DNA of 64,000 bases from an uncultured delta proteobacterium. Lineage in GTDB: Bacteria > Myxococcota_A > Polyangia > Fen-1088. The notes under the pieces are model-generated. The model made no database searches. It worked only from the letters and a program-made list of their open reading frames with translations, and was not told the DNA's origin. Below, piece by piece: positions 27,888 through 41,414 of the stretch; within the stretch, counting starts at the first letter, position 1, and every line of letters starts with the position of its first letter. The translations under genes and the position numbers were made by a program. The DNA lies in contig CAVYGB010000013.1 of the NCBI GenBank assembly GCA_963767925.1, forward strand, positions 32,001-96,000, given 5' to 3'.

Positions 27888-30410
27888 TCATTGCCTCACG
27901 ACGCGGGGGGCGCCGGTCTCCTCGGCCAGCCCGCTCGAGATGGCGGTGATAGTGTCGGCCGCCTCCGCGGTGGCCTGCCGGATCTCGCCGAGTTGCTGGC
28001 CCGCCGCGGTGACCTCCCTGGCCAGCTCCTGCAGCCCTTTGGACTGCTGTCCGATGGCGGTGGCGATCTCCCGCCCGCGCGACTTCATCTCGCCGATGCC
28101 CTGGGCCACCGCCGCCGTCCGCCCGGACTGGTCGGTCAACCCCCCGGCGGTCTTCGCCATCACGGCGGCCTGGCGGGTCACCACCGCGGACGCCGAGTTC
28201 ACCGCCTGGGTCTGCTCGGCGAGGGCCCGGGCGGTCTGGCGGGCGATCCGCCGCACCTGTTCGCCGTCCGCGGCGAGGCTGGCTGCCGCCTTGGCCTGCT
28301 CGGCGGTGGCGCTGGTGACCTCGGCCGCCAGCCGGGCCACCTGGCGGGTGGCGATGTCGAGCTGCTTGCCGGCGGTGGCCTGCTCCGCCACCGCCTTGGC
28401 CGTCATCAGGCTCAGCTTGCGGGCGTCCTGCATGGCCTTGGCCACCTCGGCAGCCCCCCTGGCCTGCTCGGCCAGCCCGGCCACCGCCCGCTGGGTGGAG
28501 CTCGCCACCTCCTGGGCCGCCGCCGCCGTGCCGACCAGCGAACGGGTCTGCTCGTTCACCGCGCTCGCCGTCTGCTGGGTCAAGGCCCGCATGCGGGCCG
28601 CCGCCCGGGCCAGCTCGCCAGTGGCCTCGGCCTGCTCCTGGGTGGCGCGCGAGACCTTCTCGGCGGTCGTCGCGAGCTGCGCCGTCAGCCGGGCGGCGTC
28701 CTTGGAGGCTTTTGCCTGCTCGGTCAGGGCCTCGCTGGTCTGCTTGGCCATCCGGCGCATCTCGACCGCGCCCTGGGCCAGCCCCTGGGTGGCGCTGGTC
28801 TGCTCGGCCGAGGCCCGGGCCACCACCCGGGCCTCCTCGCTGACCCGGGTCGCGGCCTGGACCAGGGAGGTGACCCCCTGGGTCTGGTCCTCGCTCTGGC
28901 GGTCGATGTCGCGCACCACCCGCCCCAGCTCCTCGATCCCTTGCAAGATGAGCGCGAGGGCCCTGTCGGCGTCGCCCGCCAGCCGGGTCCCCTCGTCGGC
29001 GACCTTGACCCCCTCGACCGAGGTGGTGACCGCCTCGCGGGCCGTGCTCTGCAGCCCGCGCACGATCTTGGCGACGTCGGCGCTGGCGGTGGCGGCCCGA
29101 TCGGACAGCGCCCGGATCTCCTCGGCCACCACGGCGAAGCCGCGGCCATGCTCGCCGGCCCGGGCCGCCTCGATGCTGGCGTTGAGCGACAGCAGGTTGG
29201 TGCGGTCGGCGATGAGGTTGATGGTCTGGACGATGTCGCCGATCTCCTCGGCCCGCTTGCCCATCTCCTTCATGACGGTGGCCGAGTCCTGCATGGCCTG
29301 GCGCATGACGCCCAGCCCGGCGATGGAGCGGGTCACCGTGCCGCCGCCCTCGCGGGCCATGCTGTTGGTCCGCTCGGCGGTCTCGCGGGCGCTCTGGAGG
29401 GCGCCGCGGATCTTGCGGTTGGCCGCCTCGACCTGGCCGGTGGAGGCGGCGCTCGAGGCGGCCAGCTCGCTGATCTTCTCGATGCTGTGGGAGACGGACT
29501 GGGCCGAGCGGGCCATCTGCTCGATGGCGGCGGCGTTGGTCTCGATCACCGCCGCGTTGCGCTCGGCCGTCGCGGTCACCTCCTCGATCGACGCGGCCAG
29601 CTCGGCCACCGTGCTGGCGGCCGAGGCGGCGTTGGACTCCAGCTCCTTGGCGAAGGTGGCGGTGCCCCGCACCGAGCGCGCGATCTGCTCGGCGGTGGCC
29701 GAGGTGCTTTCGATGACGTTGGACATCTCGACGGCGTCCTTGCCCACCCGCTCGAGCGCGGTCCCCGCCGCCAGGATGCTGGCCGCCATGCCCTGCACGT
29801 GCTGTCCGACGGTCTGGGCGTCGCTCGCCAGGCGCCCGATCCCCTTGGACATCTGCTCGATGGTGGAGGCCACCTCCTCGACGCCCGCGGCCGTGCTCTC
29901 GCCCCGGGCGGCCACGTCGGCGATCGAGGCGGCCGTCTCGGTGGTGGTGGCCACCAGCTCCTCGGCGGCGGCCCCGAGATCGGCGGCGTTCGAGCTGACC
30001 CCCTTGACCGAGCGGGCCATCTCCTCGGCGGCGCCGGCGCTGCTCTCGGCGGAGGCGGCGAGCTGCTCGGTGTCCTTGCGCACGGCCTCGATCGAGGCGG
30101 TCAGCTCCTGCAAGGTGCTGGCGGTGGTCTCCAGCCCCTTGTGCACCTCTTTCAGGTCGGCGCTCGCCACCGCCTGGGACTGGGCCACGTCCTGCATGGC
30201 GCCGGCCGCCGCCTCCAGGCGACGGGCCGTGTCCTCGGTGCTGGTGCGGATCTGGTCGGTGGAGGCGGCCTGCTGGGTGCCGGTGGAGGCCAGGCGGGTC
30301 ACGACCTCCTCGAGGGCGTGCACCCGCTGGGCGGTCTGCCGCAGGGAGGCCGAGGCCTCCTCGCTGCGGGTGTAGGCCAGATTCAAACGGTTGTTCCCGT
30401 TATCGGCCAT
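27888..30410 (-). CDS. Soluble (TM-less) methyl-accepting chemotaxis protein, Mcp7-like
   Basis: Central hairpin [34 protein letters not shown]; no TM segment; 840 aa of heptad repeats. Confidence 0.9.
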   Translation of the reverse strand: MADNGNNRLNLAYTRSEEASASLRQTAQRVHALEEVVTRLASTGTQQAASTDQIRTSTEDTARRLEAAAGAMQDVAQSQAVASADLKEVHKGLETTASTLQELTASIEAVRKDTEQLAASAESSAGAAEEMARSVKGVSSNAADLGAAAEELVATTTETAASIADVAARGESTAAGVEEVASTIEQMSKGIGRLASDAQTVGQHVQGMAASILAAGTALERVGKDAVEMSNVIESTSATAEQIARSVRGTATFAKELESNAASAASTVAELAASIEEVTATAERNAAVIETNAAAIEQMARSAQSVSHSIEKISELAASSAASTGQVEAANRKIRGALQSARETAERTNSMAREGGGTVTRSIAGLGVMRQAMQDSATVMKEMGKRAEEIGDIVQTINLIADRTNLLSLNASIEAARAGEHGRGFAVVAEEIRALSDRAATASADVAKIVRGLQSTAREAVTTSVEGVKVADEGTRLAGDADRALALILQGIEELGRVVRDIDRQSEDQTQGVTSLVQAATRVSEEARVVARASAEQTSATQGLAQGAVEMRRMAKQTSEALTEQAKASKDAARLTAQLATTAEKVSRATQEQAEATGELARAAARMRALTQQTASAVNEQTRSLVGTAAAAQEVASSTQRAVAGLAEQARGAAEVAKAMQDARKLSLMTAKAVAEQATAGKQLDIATRQVARLAAEVTSATAEQAKAAASLAADGEQVRRIARQTARALAEQTQAVNSASAVVTRQAAVMAKTAGGLTDQSGRTAAVAQGIGEMKSRGREIATAIGQQSKGLQELAREVTAAGQQLGEIRQATAEAADTITAISSGLAEETGAPRVVRQ

Positions 30411-30840
30411 GGCTCACGTCCTCTCCGATCACCTTCGGCACATCCAGCAACATGACCAGGCGCGCGCCCGCGTGGGCCACCGACTTCACGAACCCCTGGC
30501 CGGCGTCGGCCCCGCCGACGTCGGGGGCCTCGCGGAACTCGGCGGGGTCGATGCGCAGCACCTCGCGGGCCCGGTCGGCCAGCAGGGCCACCGCCCGGTT
30601 CGCGCTCTGCACCACCACCACCCGCGAGTCGAGGGTGGGGGCGGCGGGCTCGATCCCGAAGCGCGCCCGCAGGTCGATCACCGGCACCACCCGCCCGCGG
30701 ATCTGGATGATGCCGGCCAGGTGGGGGGGGCCTCCCGGGACCTGGGTGGCCCCGGTGAAGGACTCCATCAGCAGGACGCTCGCCGCCTCGAGCACGAACT
30801 CGGAGCGGGCCACCTGGAAGAGCACGTAGAGGGCGGTCAT
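30400..30840 (-). CDS. cheW: CheW adaptor
   Basis: [31 protein letters not shown]. Confidence 0.92.
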   Translation of the reverse strand: MTALYVLFQVARSEFVLEAASVLLMESFTGATQVPGGPPHLAGIIQIRGRVVPVIDLRARFGIEPAAPTLDSRVVVVQSANRAVALLADRAREVLRIDPAEFREAPDVGGADAGQGFVKSVAHAGARLVMLLDVPKVIGEDVSHGR

Positions 30841-32918
30841 GGGCGCAGGTCGGTCTTGCGACGGGTCAGTTTCGCGCTCAGCGAGAACAGATCGAGCACC
30901 AGGGTGGGCTGACCGTCGCCCAGGTCGGTCGAGCCGGCGATGCCGGGCTGGCGGGTCAGGGGGTCCTCCAGGGGCCGCACGACCACCTCCTGCTGCCCCA
31001 GCATCCGGTCCACCTCGAAGCCGTAGAGCTGGCCGCTGCGCCGGATGAGGATGGCCTTGCTGGTCCCGTCGATCGCCACCTTGGGCAGGTGGAACAGCGT
31101 CTCCAGGCTGACCAGGGGGACGGCCGATCCCCGGCGCTCGATCATGCGCATGGGCGCGCGGCCCTTGCCCGAGGGGGCGTTCACCACCTGGGCCGGGTTC
31201 ACCTCGACGATCTCCTCGACGCCCGCCACCGGCACCACGAAGGCCTGCGGGCCGCAGCGGAAGCTGAAGGCGTCGACGATGGTGATGGTGAGGGGGATGC
31301 CGAGCGAGAAGGTCGTGCCGGCGCCCGCCCGGCTGCGCAGGGTGAGGGACCCGCCCAGCTCGTCGACGACGAGGCGCTTGACGATGTCCATGCCCATGCC
31401 CCGCCCGCTGGTGGTGCTCACCTCCTGGCGGGTCGACAGCCCGGGGGTGGTCACGAGGGCCAGCAGCTCGTCGTCGCTGCGGGGCGGCTCCCGGCGGGCC
31501 CGCCGGGCCAGCGCCGCCCCGTCGATGCCGCGGCCGTCGTCCTCGATGACGAGCTCGAGCTGGTTGTTGCCGCGCTCGTGGCAGGAGACGAGGATGCGCC
31601 CCTCTTCCGGCTTGCCGAGGCGGCGTCGGTCGTCGGGGGACTCGAGGCCGTGGTCCACCGCGTTGCGGATCAGGTGCACGATCGCCGGGAAGATGCGTTC
31701 GCCGACCGACTTGTCCAGCTCGGCCCGTCCGGTCTCGAGGTCGAGGCGGACCCGCTTGCCGATCTCGGCGGCCAGCCGCCGCACCAGCAGGGGGACCCGC
31801 TCGAGCAGCTCGGCCGCAGAGACCATCCGGGCCTTCATGATCGCGGCGCGCAGGTCGCGGACCTGGCGGGCGTGCTCGTGGACCACCAGGCGCAGGGCCC
31901 GGACGTCGGCGCCCTGGGCGGCCAGCGCGGCCACCGCCCGCTCCAGGCGGAAGCGGGTGACCACCAGGGCCGACAGCTTGTCGAGCGCGTCATCGAGGCG
32001 GGCCACGTCGACCCGCACAACGTTGTGCACGCCGACGGCCGGCAGGTCGTCCAGCTCGTCGAGTGGCCCGTCATCGTCGCGAGCTCGTTCGAGATCTAAC
32101 CCGCCGGCGGGTAGCCGGGCGGGCGCCGGACCGGCGGGCGCAGCGGCCGGATCGGCGAGGGTGGTCACGGCGCTGGCTTCACAGCCGGCCGCTGCCGCCA
32201 GCTCCCCGTCAGCGGCCCGGGTGACGAGCAGCAGGGCGAAGGCGAGGCCGCCCGGCTCGGCCTCGGTCACGGGCCGGGGCCGGGGCACCACCTTGACGAT
32301 CTCGCTCAGCTCGCCCAGCCGCAGCCGGACCGCGCTGATGGTGAAGCCGGCGGCGATGCGGGCCGGGGTGGGCACCACCTCGACGCAGACCGCCCGCTGG
32401 CCGTCGCGCGCGCCTGCCAGGAGCTGAGCCCGTTCGGACACCGTCAGCTTGGCGGCGATCTCGGGGGGCAGGACGAGCTCGGCGGGCGGGCCGGTCCCCG
32501 CCTCCTCTCTGGTCTGCACCTTCGAGAGCTCGCGCAGCAGCGCGGCCGGGGCGGGGACGGGCGCCTCCTTGCGCCCTACCGCTCGCACCCGCTGCTCGAG
32601 CGCGGCCAGCCCCTTCATGAGCAGGTCGAAGCTGTGATCGCCGAGCTTGCCCCCGACGGCGTCGGCCTCGCGCAGCACGCTCTCCATGGCGTGGGCGATG
32701 TCGACGATCGGCTCGAAGCCGACCATGGCCGAGAGCCCCTTGATCGTGTGCAGCGAGCGGTAAAGCTCCCGGACCGCCCGGGGGCTGCCGGCCCCCCGCT
32801 GCAGGTCGGCGTCGACGGCGACCAGGTTGCGGGTGGCCGAGGTGAGGTGCTCGTCTACCTCGACGAGGTAACCCGAGATGAACTCCGCGGCGTCGAGCGA
32901 GCCGGGGTCACCGGCCAC
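30837..32918 (-). CDS. cheA: Chemotaxis histidine kinase CheA
   Basis: Hpt LHTIKGLS, VRVDVARLD, HLIRNAVDHG, DDGRGID, SGRGMGMD, C-terminal CheW. GTG start overlaps the cheY end. Confidence 0.92.
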   Translation of the reverse strand: MAGDPGSLDAAEFISGYLVEVDEHLTSATRNLVAVDADLQRGAGSPRAVRELYRSLHTIKGLSAMVGFEPIVDIAHAMESVLREADAVGGKLGDHSFDLLMKGLAALEQRVRAVGRKEAPVPAPAALLRELSKVQTREEAGTGPPAELVLPPEIAAKLTVSERAQLLAGARDGQRAVCVEVVPTPARIAAGFTISAVRLRLGELSEIVKVVPRPRPVTEAEPGGLAFALLLVTRAADGELAAAAGCEASAVTTLADPAAAPAGPAPARLPAGGLDLERARDDDGPLDELDDLPAVGVHNVVRVDVARLDDALDKLSALVVTRFRLERAVAALAAQGADVRALRLVVHEHARQVRDLRAAIMKARMVSAAELLERVPLLVRRLAAEIGKRVRLDLETGRAELDKSVGERIFPAIVHLIRNAVDHGLESPDDRRRLGKPEEGRILVSCHERGNNQLELVIEDDGRGIDGAALARRARREPPRSDDELLALVTTPGLSTRQEVSTTSGRGMGMDIVKRLVVDELGGSLTLRSRAGAGTTFSLGIPLTITIVDAFSFRCGPQAFVVPVAGVEEIVEVNPAQVVNAPSGKGRAPMRMIERRGSAVPLVSLETLFHLPKVAIDGTSKAILIRRSGQLYGFEVDRMLGQQEVVVRPLEDPLTRQPGIAGSTDLGDGQPTLVLDLFSLSAKLTRRKTDLRP

Positions 32919-33288
32919 CCAGGCCTCCCACCAGCTCGCGGAAGGCCCCCACGATCTCGTCGGGCGTGAAGGGCTTGGTGATGAAGCGGGAGGCGCCCAG
33001 CTCGAGGGCCTTGGTCCGGGAGGTCTCGTCACCCCGGGTCGTGAGGACGACGATCGGCAGCTTGCCGACCTTGTCCTGGCCGCGGACGAACTCGATGACC
33101 TCGAACCCGCCAATATCGGGCATGTTCAGGTCCAGTACCATCAGGTCGTACCTGTGTAACGACAGTTTCTCGATGGCTTCCAGGCCGCTGGAGGCCTGCT
33201 CGAAGCTCACGTCCGCCTCGCCGCGCAAGCAGGCGATCACCATCTCCCGCATCACGCGGCTGTCGTCGACGACGAGGAGCTGAGCCAT
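32908..33288 (-). CDS. cheY: Single-domain response regulator CheY
   Basis: LVVDDS, VLDLNMP, LTT, FITKPF. Confidence 0.92.
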   Translation of the reverse strand: MAQLLVVDDSRVMREMVIACLRGEADVSFEQASSGLEAIEKLSLHRYDLMVLDLNMPDIGGFEVIEFVRGQDKVGKLPIVVLTTRGDETSRTKALELGASRFITKPFTPDEIVGAFRELVGGLGGR

Positions 33289-33396
33289 CCGAACCTGCTC
33301 TTGACCTTACGAACCGCCCCCGGCGCTGTCAACGAGGCACCCCGGGACGCACCTGTCGTTGACACCACCCATTCGCGAACCTACGCTTTTCCGCTC

Positions 33397-34817
33397 ATGC
33401 ACAACGGGCAGACCGCTCGACCCACCCTCTGGGTGGTGGACGACAGCCCGCTCGATGCTCAGCGTGCCGCGCGCGCGCTCTCCGCCGACTACGAGGTCAC
33501 CGTCCTCGCCGACGGGGTGGCCGCCGTCGAGCGGATGAGCTCGGGCCAGGCGCCCGACATCCTGGTGCTCGACTGGATCATGCCGGGCATGACCGGCATC
33601 GACGTGTGTGGATACGTACGGTCGCCCCAGTGTGCCTTCCGCCGGCTGGGCATCTTGCTCCTGACCGGCACCCGCAGCGCCGAGGAGGTGGTCGAGGCCC
33701 TCGCCGCGGGGGCCAACGACTTCCTGGCGAAGCCCTATCTGGAGCCGGAGCTGCGGGCCCGGGTCCACGCCCTCATGCGCACCCAGCGCCTGCTGGCCCA
33801 GCTCGAGCAGTCGGAGGCGGGCTTCCGCACCCTGCTGGCCAAGGCCCCGGACGCCCTCTTCGCGGTCGACGCGGCCGGCAAGGTCGCCTTCGCCAACGAG
33901 GAGGCGGCGGCGCTGTTCGGCGCGCCGGTCGCCGGGCTGCTGGGACGCAGCGGGCGCGAGCTGCTCCCGGCCTTCAACCCGGAGACCCTCCCGCCGGAGG
34001 CGGAGTCGATCAGCGTGCTCGCCGACGTCACCATCGGCAGCCGGGTGTTGGCCCCCATCGTCAAGACGGTCCGGGGCACGACCGGCCACTCCGCCACCGT
34101 CTCCCTGCGCGACGTCACCGAGAGCCGGCGCGAGCAGGACCGGCGCCTGGATTTCTACAGCACCGTGGCCCACGACCTGCGCTCTCCGCTGAGCGCCGTC
34201 CTGCTCCGCTGCACCCTCATGCAGCGCGGGAAACACGGCCTGCTGCCGGCCCCGGTGCTCGACGACATCCGCAAGATCGAGCGGGGCGTGCAGTCGCTGG
34301 TCTCGCTGGTCAACGACTTCCTCGACCTGGCCCGGCTGGAGGGGGCGGGGATCAAGCTCAACCTCGATCGGGTGCCGCTGGTCGAGGTGGTGTCGTCCAT
34401 CCTCGACGATCTGGCGCCCCTGGCCGAGGCCGGCCAGCTCCAGCTCACCTGCGAGCGGCCGGATCGCGAGATCTTCGTGAGCGCCGATCGGCAGCGGCTG
34501 GGCCAGGTGCTGTCCAACCTGCTCTCGAACGCCCTCAAGTTCACCCCGCCCGGCGGGCGCGTGCGGATCATCTTCGCCCCGCAGGCGGGGGCCATCGACG
34601 TCGGCGTCGCCGACACCGGGCCGGGGATCCCGCCGGCCGCGTTGCCCCACATCTTCGAGCGGTTCACCCGGGCCGAGAGCACCCAGAACACGGTGGCGGG
34701 CAGCGGCCTGGGACTCATGATCGTCAAGCAGGTGATCGAGGCCCACGGCGGATCGGTCTGGGTCGACAGCCACCTCGGCGACGGCAGCGCCTTCTGGTTC
34801 CGGCTGAAGACCGTGGC

Positions 34818-34821
<4 letters not shown>
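33397..34821 (+). CDS. Cytoplasmic hybrid sensor kinase (REC-PAS-HisKA-HATPase)
   Basis: REC VVDD/LDWIMP/KP; PAS (APDALFAVD...FAN); H-box VAHDLRSPL; NLLSNALKF, DTGPGI, GSGLGL. Confidence 0.92.
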
Positions 34822-37731
<2,910 letters not shown>

Positions 37732-37735
37732 CCCG

Positions 37736-39530
37736 TCACTCCCGATCGCGCACCGAGTACTCCAGCTTCCAGCGGCCGCCGCCCTCACGCGCCACGCACC
37801 AGAGCTCGAGCGTGCCCAGCTCTGTCAGCTTCGTCTCCAGCGAGACCGGCACGACGGCGCCCGCCTCGGCGCCCTGGCCGGCGGTCAAGGTGGCCTCGAC
37901 CGGACCGAGCTCCTCGAGGGCGGCGTCGTCGGGATCGAGCAGCGCCCCCGGGCTGTCGGCCTTGCGGTTGCTGGCGGCGAAGAAGCGGAACTCCGCCGTC
38001 TCGCCCACCACCAGGCCCAGCTCCTCCTCGGGCAGCTTGAGCGAGGTCCCCTCCTCCATGCCGAAGGGGACCACACACAGCGCCTTGACCGGGGGGGCGA
38101 AGCCGGGGATGGCCGGCATGGCCGCCTCGATCCCGATGTAATACGAGCGCCCGGTGCCGCCCCGGATCCGGATGCCCCGGCCGGCGCGGACCAGGCCGTA
38201 ATAGGCGGCGCCGCGGGCCACCGCCAGATCCGAGGTCGGTGCCGGCGAGGGCCGCCACCTCGCCCCGGCCCTGCCAGCCGCCGACCATCTCCAGCACCCG
38301 CGCGCGCAGCAGCTCGGCCTTCATCACGCCGCCGTTGAACAGCACGGCGGTGGGCGGGCGGCCGTGGCGGGCCAGGAAGTCGGCCAGGTGGCGGGTCACG
38401 CCGGCGTCGTGGGCGTAGGGGAGGCCCAGCTCCCTGAGGCCGGTGGCCTTGCGACGCTGGGGCTTGGCGTTGCGGTCGACGAAGGGAAAAAAGCCGTCGA
38501 GCACCAGGCGGCGCACGTGTTCGCCCACCAGGTCGGCCCGGACGGTGCCGCCGATCAGCTTGGAGCCCCGGCCCAGGATCGAGACCGGGATCTGCTCGGG
38601 CGCGCGCGGCGACAGGAGCTGTTCCTTGGCCCGCCGGCAGGCGTGCACCAGCCCCCGGAACTGCAGGGGCGACAGGCGATCGCCGAGCTTTTGCATGGTG
38701 GTGTAGGCCAGCGCCAGATCGATGTTGTCCCCGCCCAGCAGGATGTGGTCCCCGACCGCCACCCGCTCGAGGGTGAGGTTGCCGGTGCCGTCGTCGACAA
38801 CCGCGATGATCGAGAAGTCGGTGGTGCCGCCCCCGATGTCGCAGACCAGGACGGTGTCGCCGGCCCCGAGCTGATCGCGCCAGCCGTCGCGGGCCTGCGA
38901 CAGCCAGGCGTAGAAGGCGGCCTGCGGCTCCTCGAGCAGGGTCACCTGGTGCAGGCCGGCCTGCTGGGCGGCGGCCATGGTCAGCTCGCGCGCGACCGCA
39001 TCGAAGGAGGCGGGCACCGTGAGGTAGACCTTCTGCTCCTCGAGGGGATCGTCGGGGTGCAGGTGGTTCCAGGCGGCGCGCACGTGCTCGAGGTAGAGCG
39101 AGGAGGCCTCCACCGGCGAGACGCGCTGGGCGTCGGCGGCGTCCTCCTCGGCCGCATCCTCGGCGGTGGTCTCGAGGTCGGCCCCCCGCCAGGGCAAGAT
39201 GGGCCCGTGGCGGTCGACGCCGGTGTGGCAGAGCCAGGACTTGGCCGAGGAGACCAGCCGGTGCGGCAGCTCGGCGCCTCGCTCCCGGGCGAGGGTGCCG
39301 ACGGAGAAGGGCGGGCGGTCGACCCAGGGCAAGGTGAGCCCCTCGGGCGGGACCTCGTGCTCGCTCGGCAGCAGCAAGAAAGAGGGCAGGGTGGCCAGCG
39401 CCTCCACCTCGCCCGGGCTCACCACCTGGGGCACGGCGAAGGTGGTGATGCTGCCGTCGCCGTCCACCGCCGCGCTGGCGACGGCGGTGTTGGTGGTGCC
39501 GAGATCGATTCCTACGAAGTAGCGGGGCAT
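37736..39530 (-). CDS. Atypical Hsp70-family protein (+1 insertion at ~38230)
   Basis: Same ATPase motifs as the neighbouring gene. Removing one base restores DLDLAVARGAAYYG, then IRGGTGRSYYIG...TELGTLELWC. Confidence 0.88.
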
Positions 39531-39591
39531 TGCTGAAATTATGACCGGCGCGATCGGCCCTATCTTTGACTGTCCGCCGGGCGATCCGCCT

Positions 39592-40164
39592 TCAGGGCAG
39601 CCGGACCTCGGCGGGGGCCAGCACCCGTCGGTCGAACCCCTCGCTCATGGTCGGCAACTTCACGCCCGATGCGCGCCACCCGTGGTGCACGAGGATACCG
39701 CGGAACGGGGGCTCGCCGGTGGCCTTGCCGATCAACCGGACCTCGGCCGGGTCGAATCCGCGCGGCACCACCACCGGCCCCTCCTCCTGGCCGGGCATGA
39801 CCGGCTCGAGCCGGAGGTGCTCGTCGAGCACCTTCTTGCACCCCCGGTGGATGTCTCGCACCGCCGCTCCGATGGCGGCGTCGGCGTGCTGGTCGAGCGA
39901 CTCGCGCAGGAAGTCCACCAGCCGCCCCTCGCGCTGCAGGAGCCCCAGCAGCATCAACGCGCCCTCGACCCGTTCCTCGCCCGCCTCGTGCGCGGCGGTG
40001 GCGGGGGCCGTCGGGGCGGCGGCGTGGGGCGCCGGAGCTGGAGGCGCAGCCGGCAACACCGCCGGGGGCGCGGGGGCCGCCGCGAGCGCCAGCGCCCCCG
40101 CCGGCAGCCGACCGCGGAAGAGCAGGCTGAAGAAGCAGGAAAACGCGAGACCGATCCGCCACAT
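39592..40164 (-). CDS. DUF2760-family protein
   Basis: ALMLLGLLQREGRLVDFL, IGAAVRDIHRGC, GFDP...RLIG...PPFRGILVHHGW, LAPAEV; first gene of the Hsp70 operon. Confidence 0.82.
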   Translation of the reverse strand: MWRIGLAFSCFFSLLFRGRLPAGALALAAAPAPPAVLPAAPPAPAPHAAAPTAPATAAHEAGEERVEGALMLLGLLQREGRLVDFLRESLDQHADAAIGAAVRDIHRGCKKVLDEHLRLEPVMPGQEEGPVVVPRGFDPAEVRLIGKATGEPPFRGILVHHGWRASGVKLPTMSEGFDRRVLAPAEVRLP

Positions 40165-40286
40165 CAGGGCTGTGGTGTTAGACGACGGGCCAGCGGAACT
40201 CAAGGGCACCCGCCCCGGTTGCAGGCCCGGACCCCCGCAGCCACACGTCCCCCTACATGGTTGCGCACGTCGGTCGCACGTCGCCA

Positions 40287-40466
40287 CCGGAGACCGCTCA
40301 CCCCCTCTCCCCGCTACGCGGGGCGAGGGCGAACGATTGGCTGATAGCCTCGACCATCTCCCGAGCGGACGAGGGAAGGGTGGATGCCGCCGAGATCTTC
40401 TCTCCCCGTTGCCCGTTCGCCCTCACCCCGCGGCCGCGGGGAGAGGGATGGGGTGAGGGGTCCGGA
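40287..40466. repeat. Inverted doublet of REP-like elements
   Basis: CTCACCCCCTCTCCCCGCTACGCGGGGCGAGGGCGAAC near 40298, and an opposite-orientation GTTCGCCCTCACCCCGCGGCCGCGGGGAGAGGGATGGGGTGAGGGG ending near 40461. Confidence 0.75.
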
Positions 40467-40785
40467 CGACGCCGCAACTCGGTTCGTGTCCTGACGGAAA
40501 TTGTCAGCCCCGGGCATTCCACGTCCCGCACAAAAGGCGGCGGGACGCGGGCGGCGCCAGTGCCAGGGATGGCCCCGAAGGTGCAATCAGGTTCTCCCGG
40601 GGGCAGGTGAGCGATGGTGACGCGAGGCTACAACGCGCGACGCGGGATCGTGCTGATGAAGGTTTTGATGGCGGTGGCCATCGTCGGGCTGCTCTGGGCG
40701 ATCGTTCAGCCGGCGTTCCGACTGCCCTGATCGGGACCCCCGACGCCGCCGGGCACGCGGCGGGCAGAGCGGTTATGCTGCGCCG

Positions 40786-41376
40786 GTGCGTGGCCTCCCC
40801 GTTGTCGTCTCCCTCGTCGTCTCCGTCGTCGTTCTGGCCGGACCTCCCCTGCTCCCGATCGCGAGCGCGCGCGCCGACGCGCCCTCGCCCCTGCGCGGCT
40901 GGTACGGCTGGCAACTGGCCCTCGCCGACGCCGCCGCCCTCGGCCTGACGCTCGCGCCGGTTGGTGAGAACCTGCGGGGCGCCACCGTGACGGTGGGCCT
41001 GATGGGCCTGTTCATCAACGGGGCGGTGGTCAACATGGGCCACGACAACGCCCCCGCCGCCTCGCACAGCCTGCTGCGGCTGCCCGCCTTCCTGCTGGGG
41101 CGCCTGCTCGGCTTCGCCGCCGGTCGCGTCTTCTGTCAGGAGTCGGGCTGCCAGGCGCCCCTGCTCACCGCGGGCAGCGCCTTCGGCCTGGGCACGGTGG
41201 TGATCCTCGACCTGTTCGACGCCTTCGAGCCGGCGCCCTGGTGGCTCCCCCCGCCCGAGCCCCCCGCCGCCCCCAGCGACCTCCGCACTTCCCCGCTGGC
41301 CCTGCCGCCGCGCGGCCGTCCCGGCCCCGGCGGTCCCCCGGTCTTCACCTTCCCCCTCGCCGCCGGCCGCTTCTGA
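40786..41376 (+). CDS. Hypothetical membrane protein with WYGWQ motif
   Basis: Signal peptide, WYGWQLALAD, several hydrophobic glycine-rich helices, C-terminal AGRF. Confidence 0.65.
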   Translation: MRGLPVVVSLVVSVVVLAGPPLLPIASARADAPSPLRGWYGWQLALADAAALGLTLAPVGENLRGATVTVGLMGLFINGAVVNMGHDNAPAASHSLLRLPAFLLGRLLGFAAGRVFCQESGCQAPLLTAGSAFGLGTVVILDLFDAFEPAPWWLPPPEPPAAPSDLRTSPLALPPRGRPGPGGPPVFTFPLAAGRF

Positions 41377-41414
41377 GCCGGACCGGCGGGCGGGGGGGAG
41401 CGCGCAGGTGGCCG

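Noticed and set aside
25187..30455. Long plus-strand ORFs of 811-1044 aa
   Set aside because: Antisense shadows of the HEAT and MCP genes caused by high GC3; no recognisable motifs.
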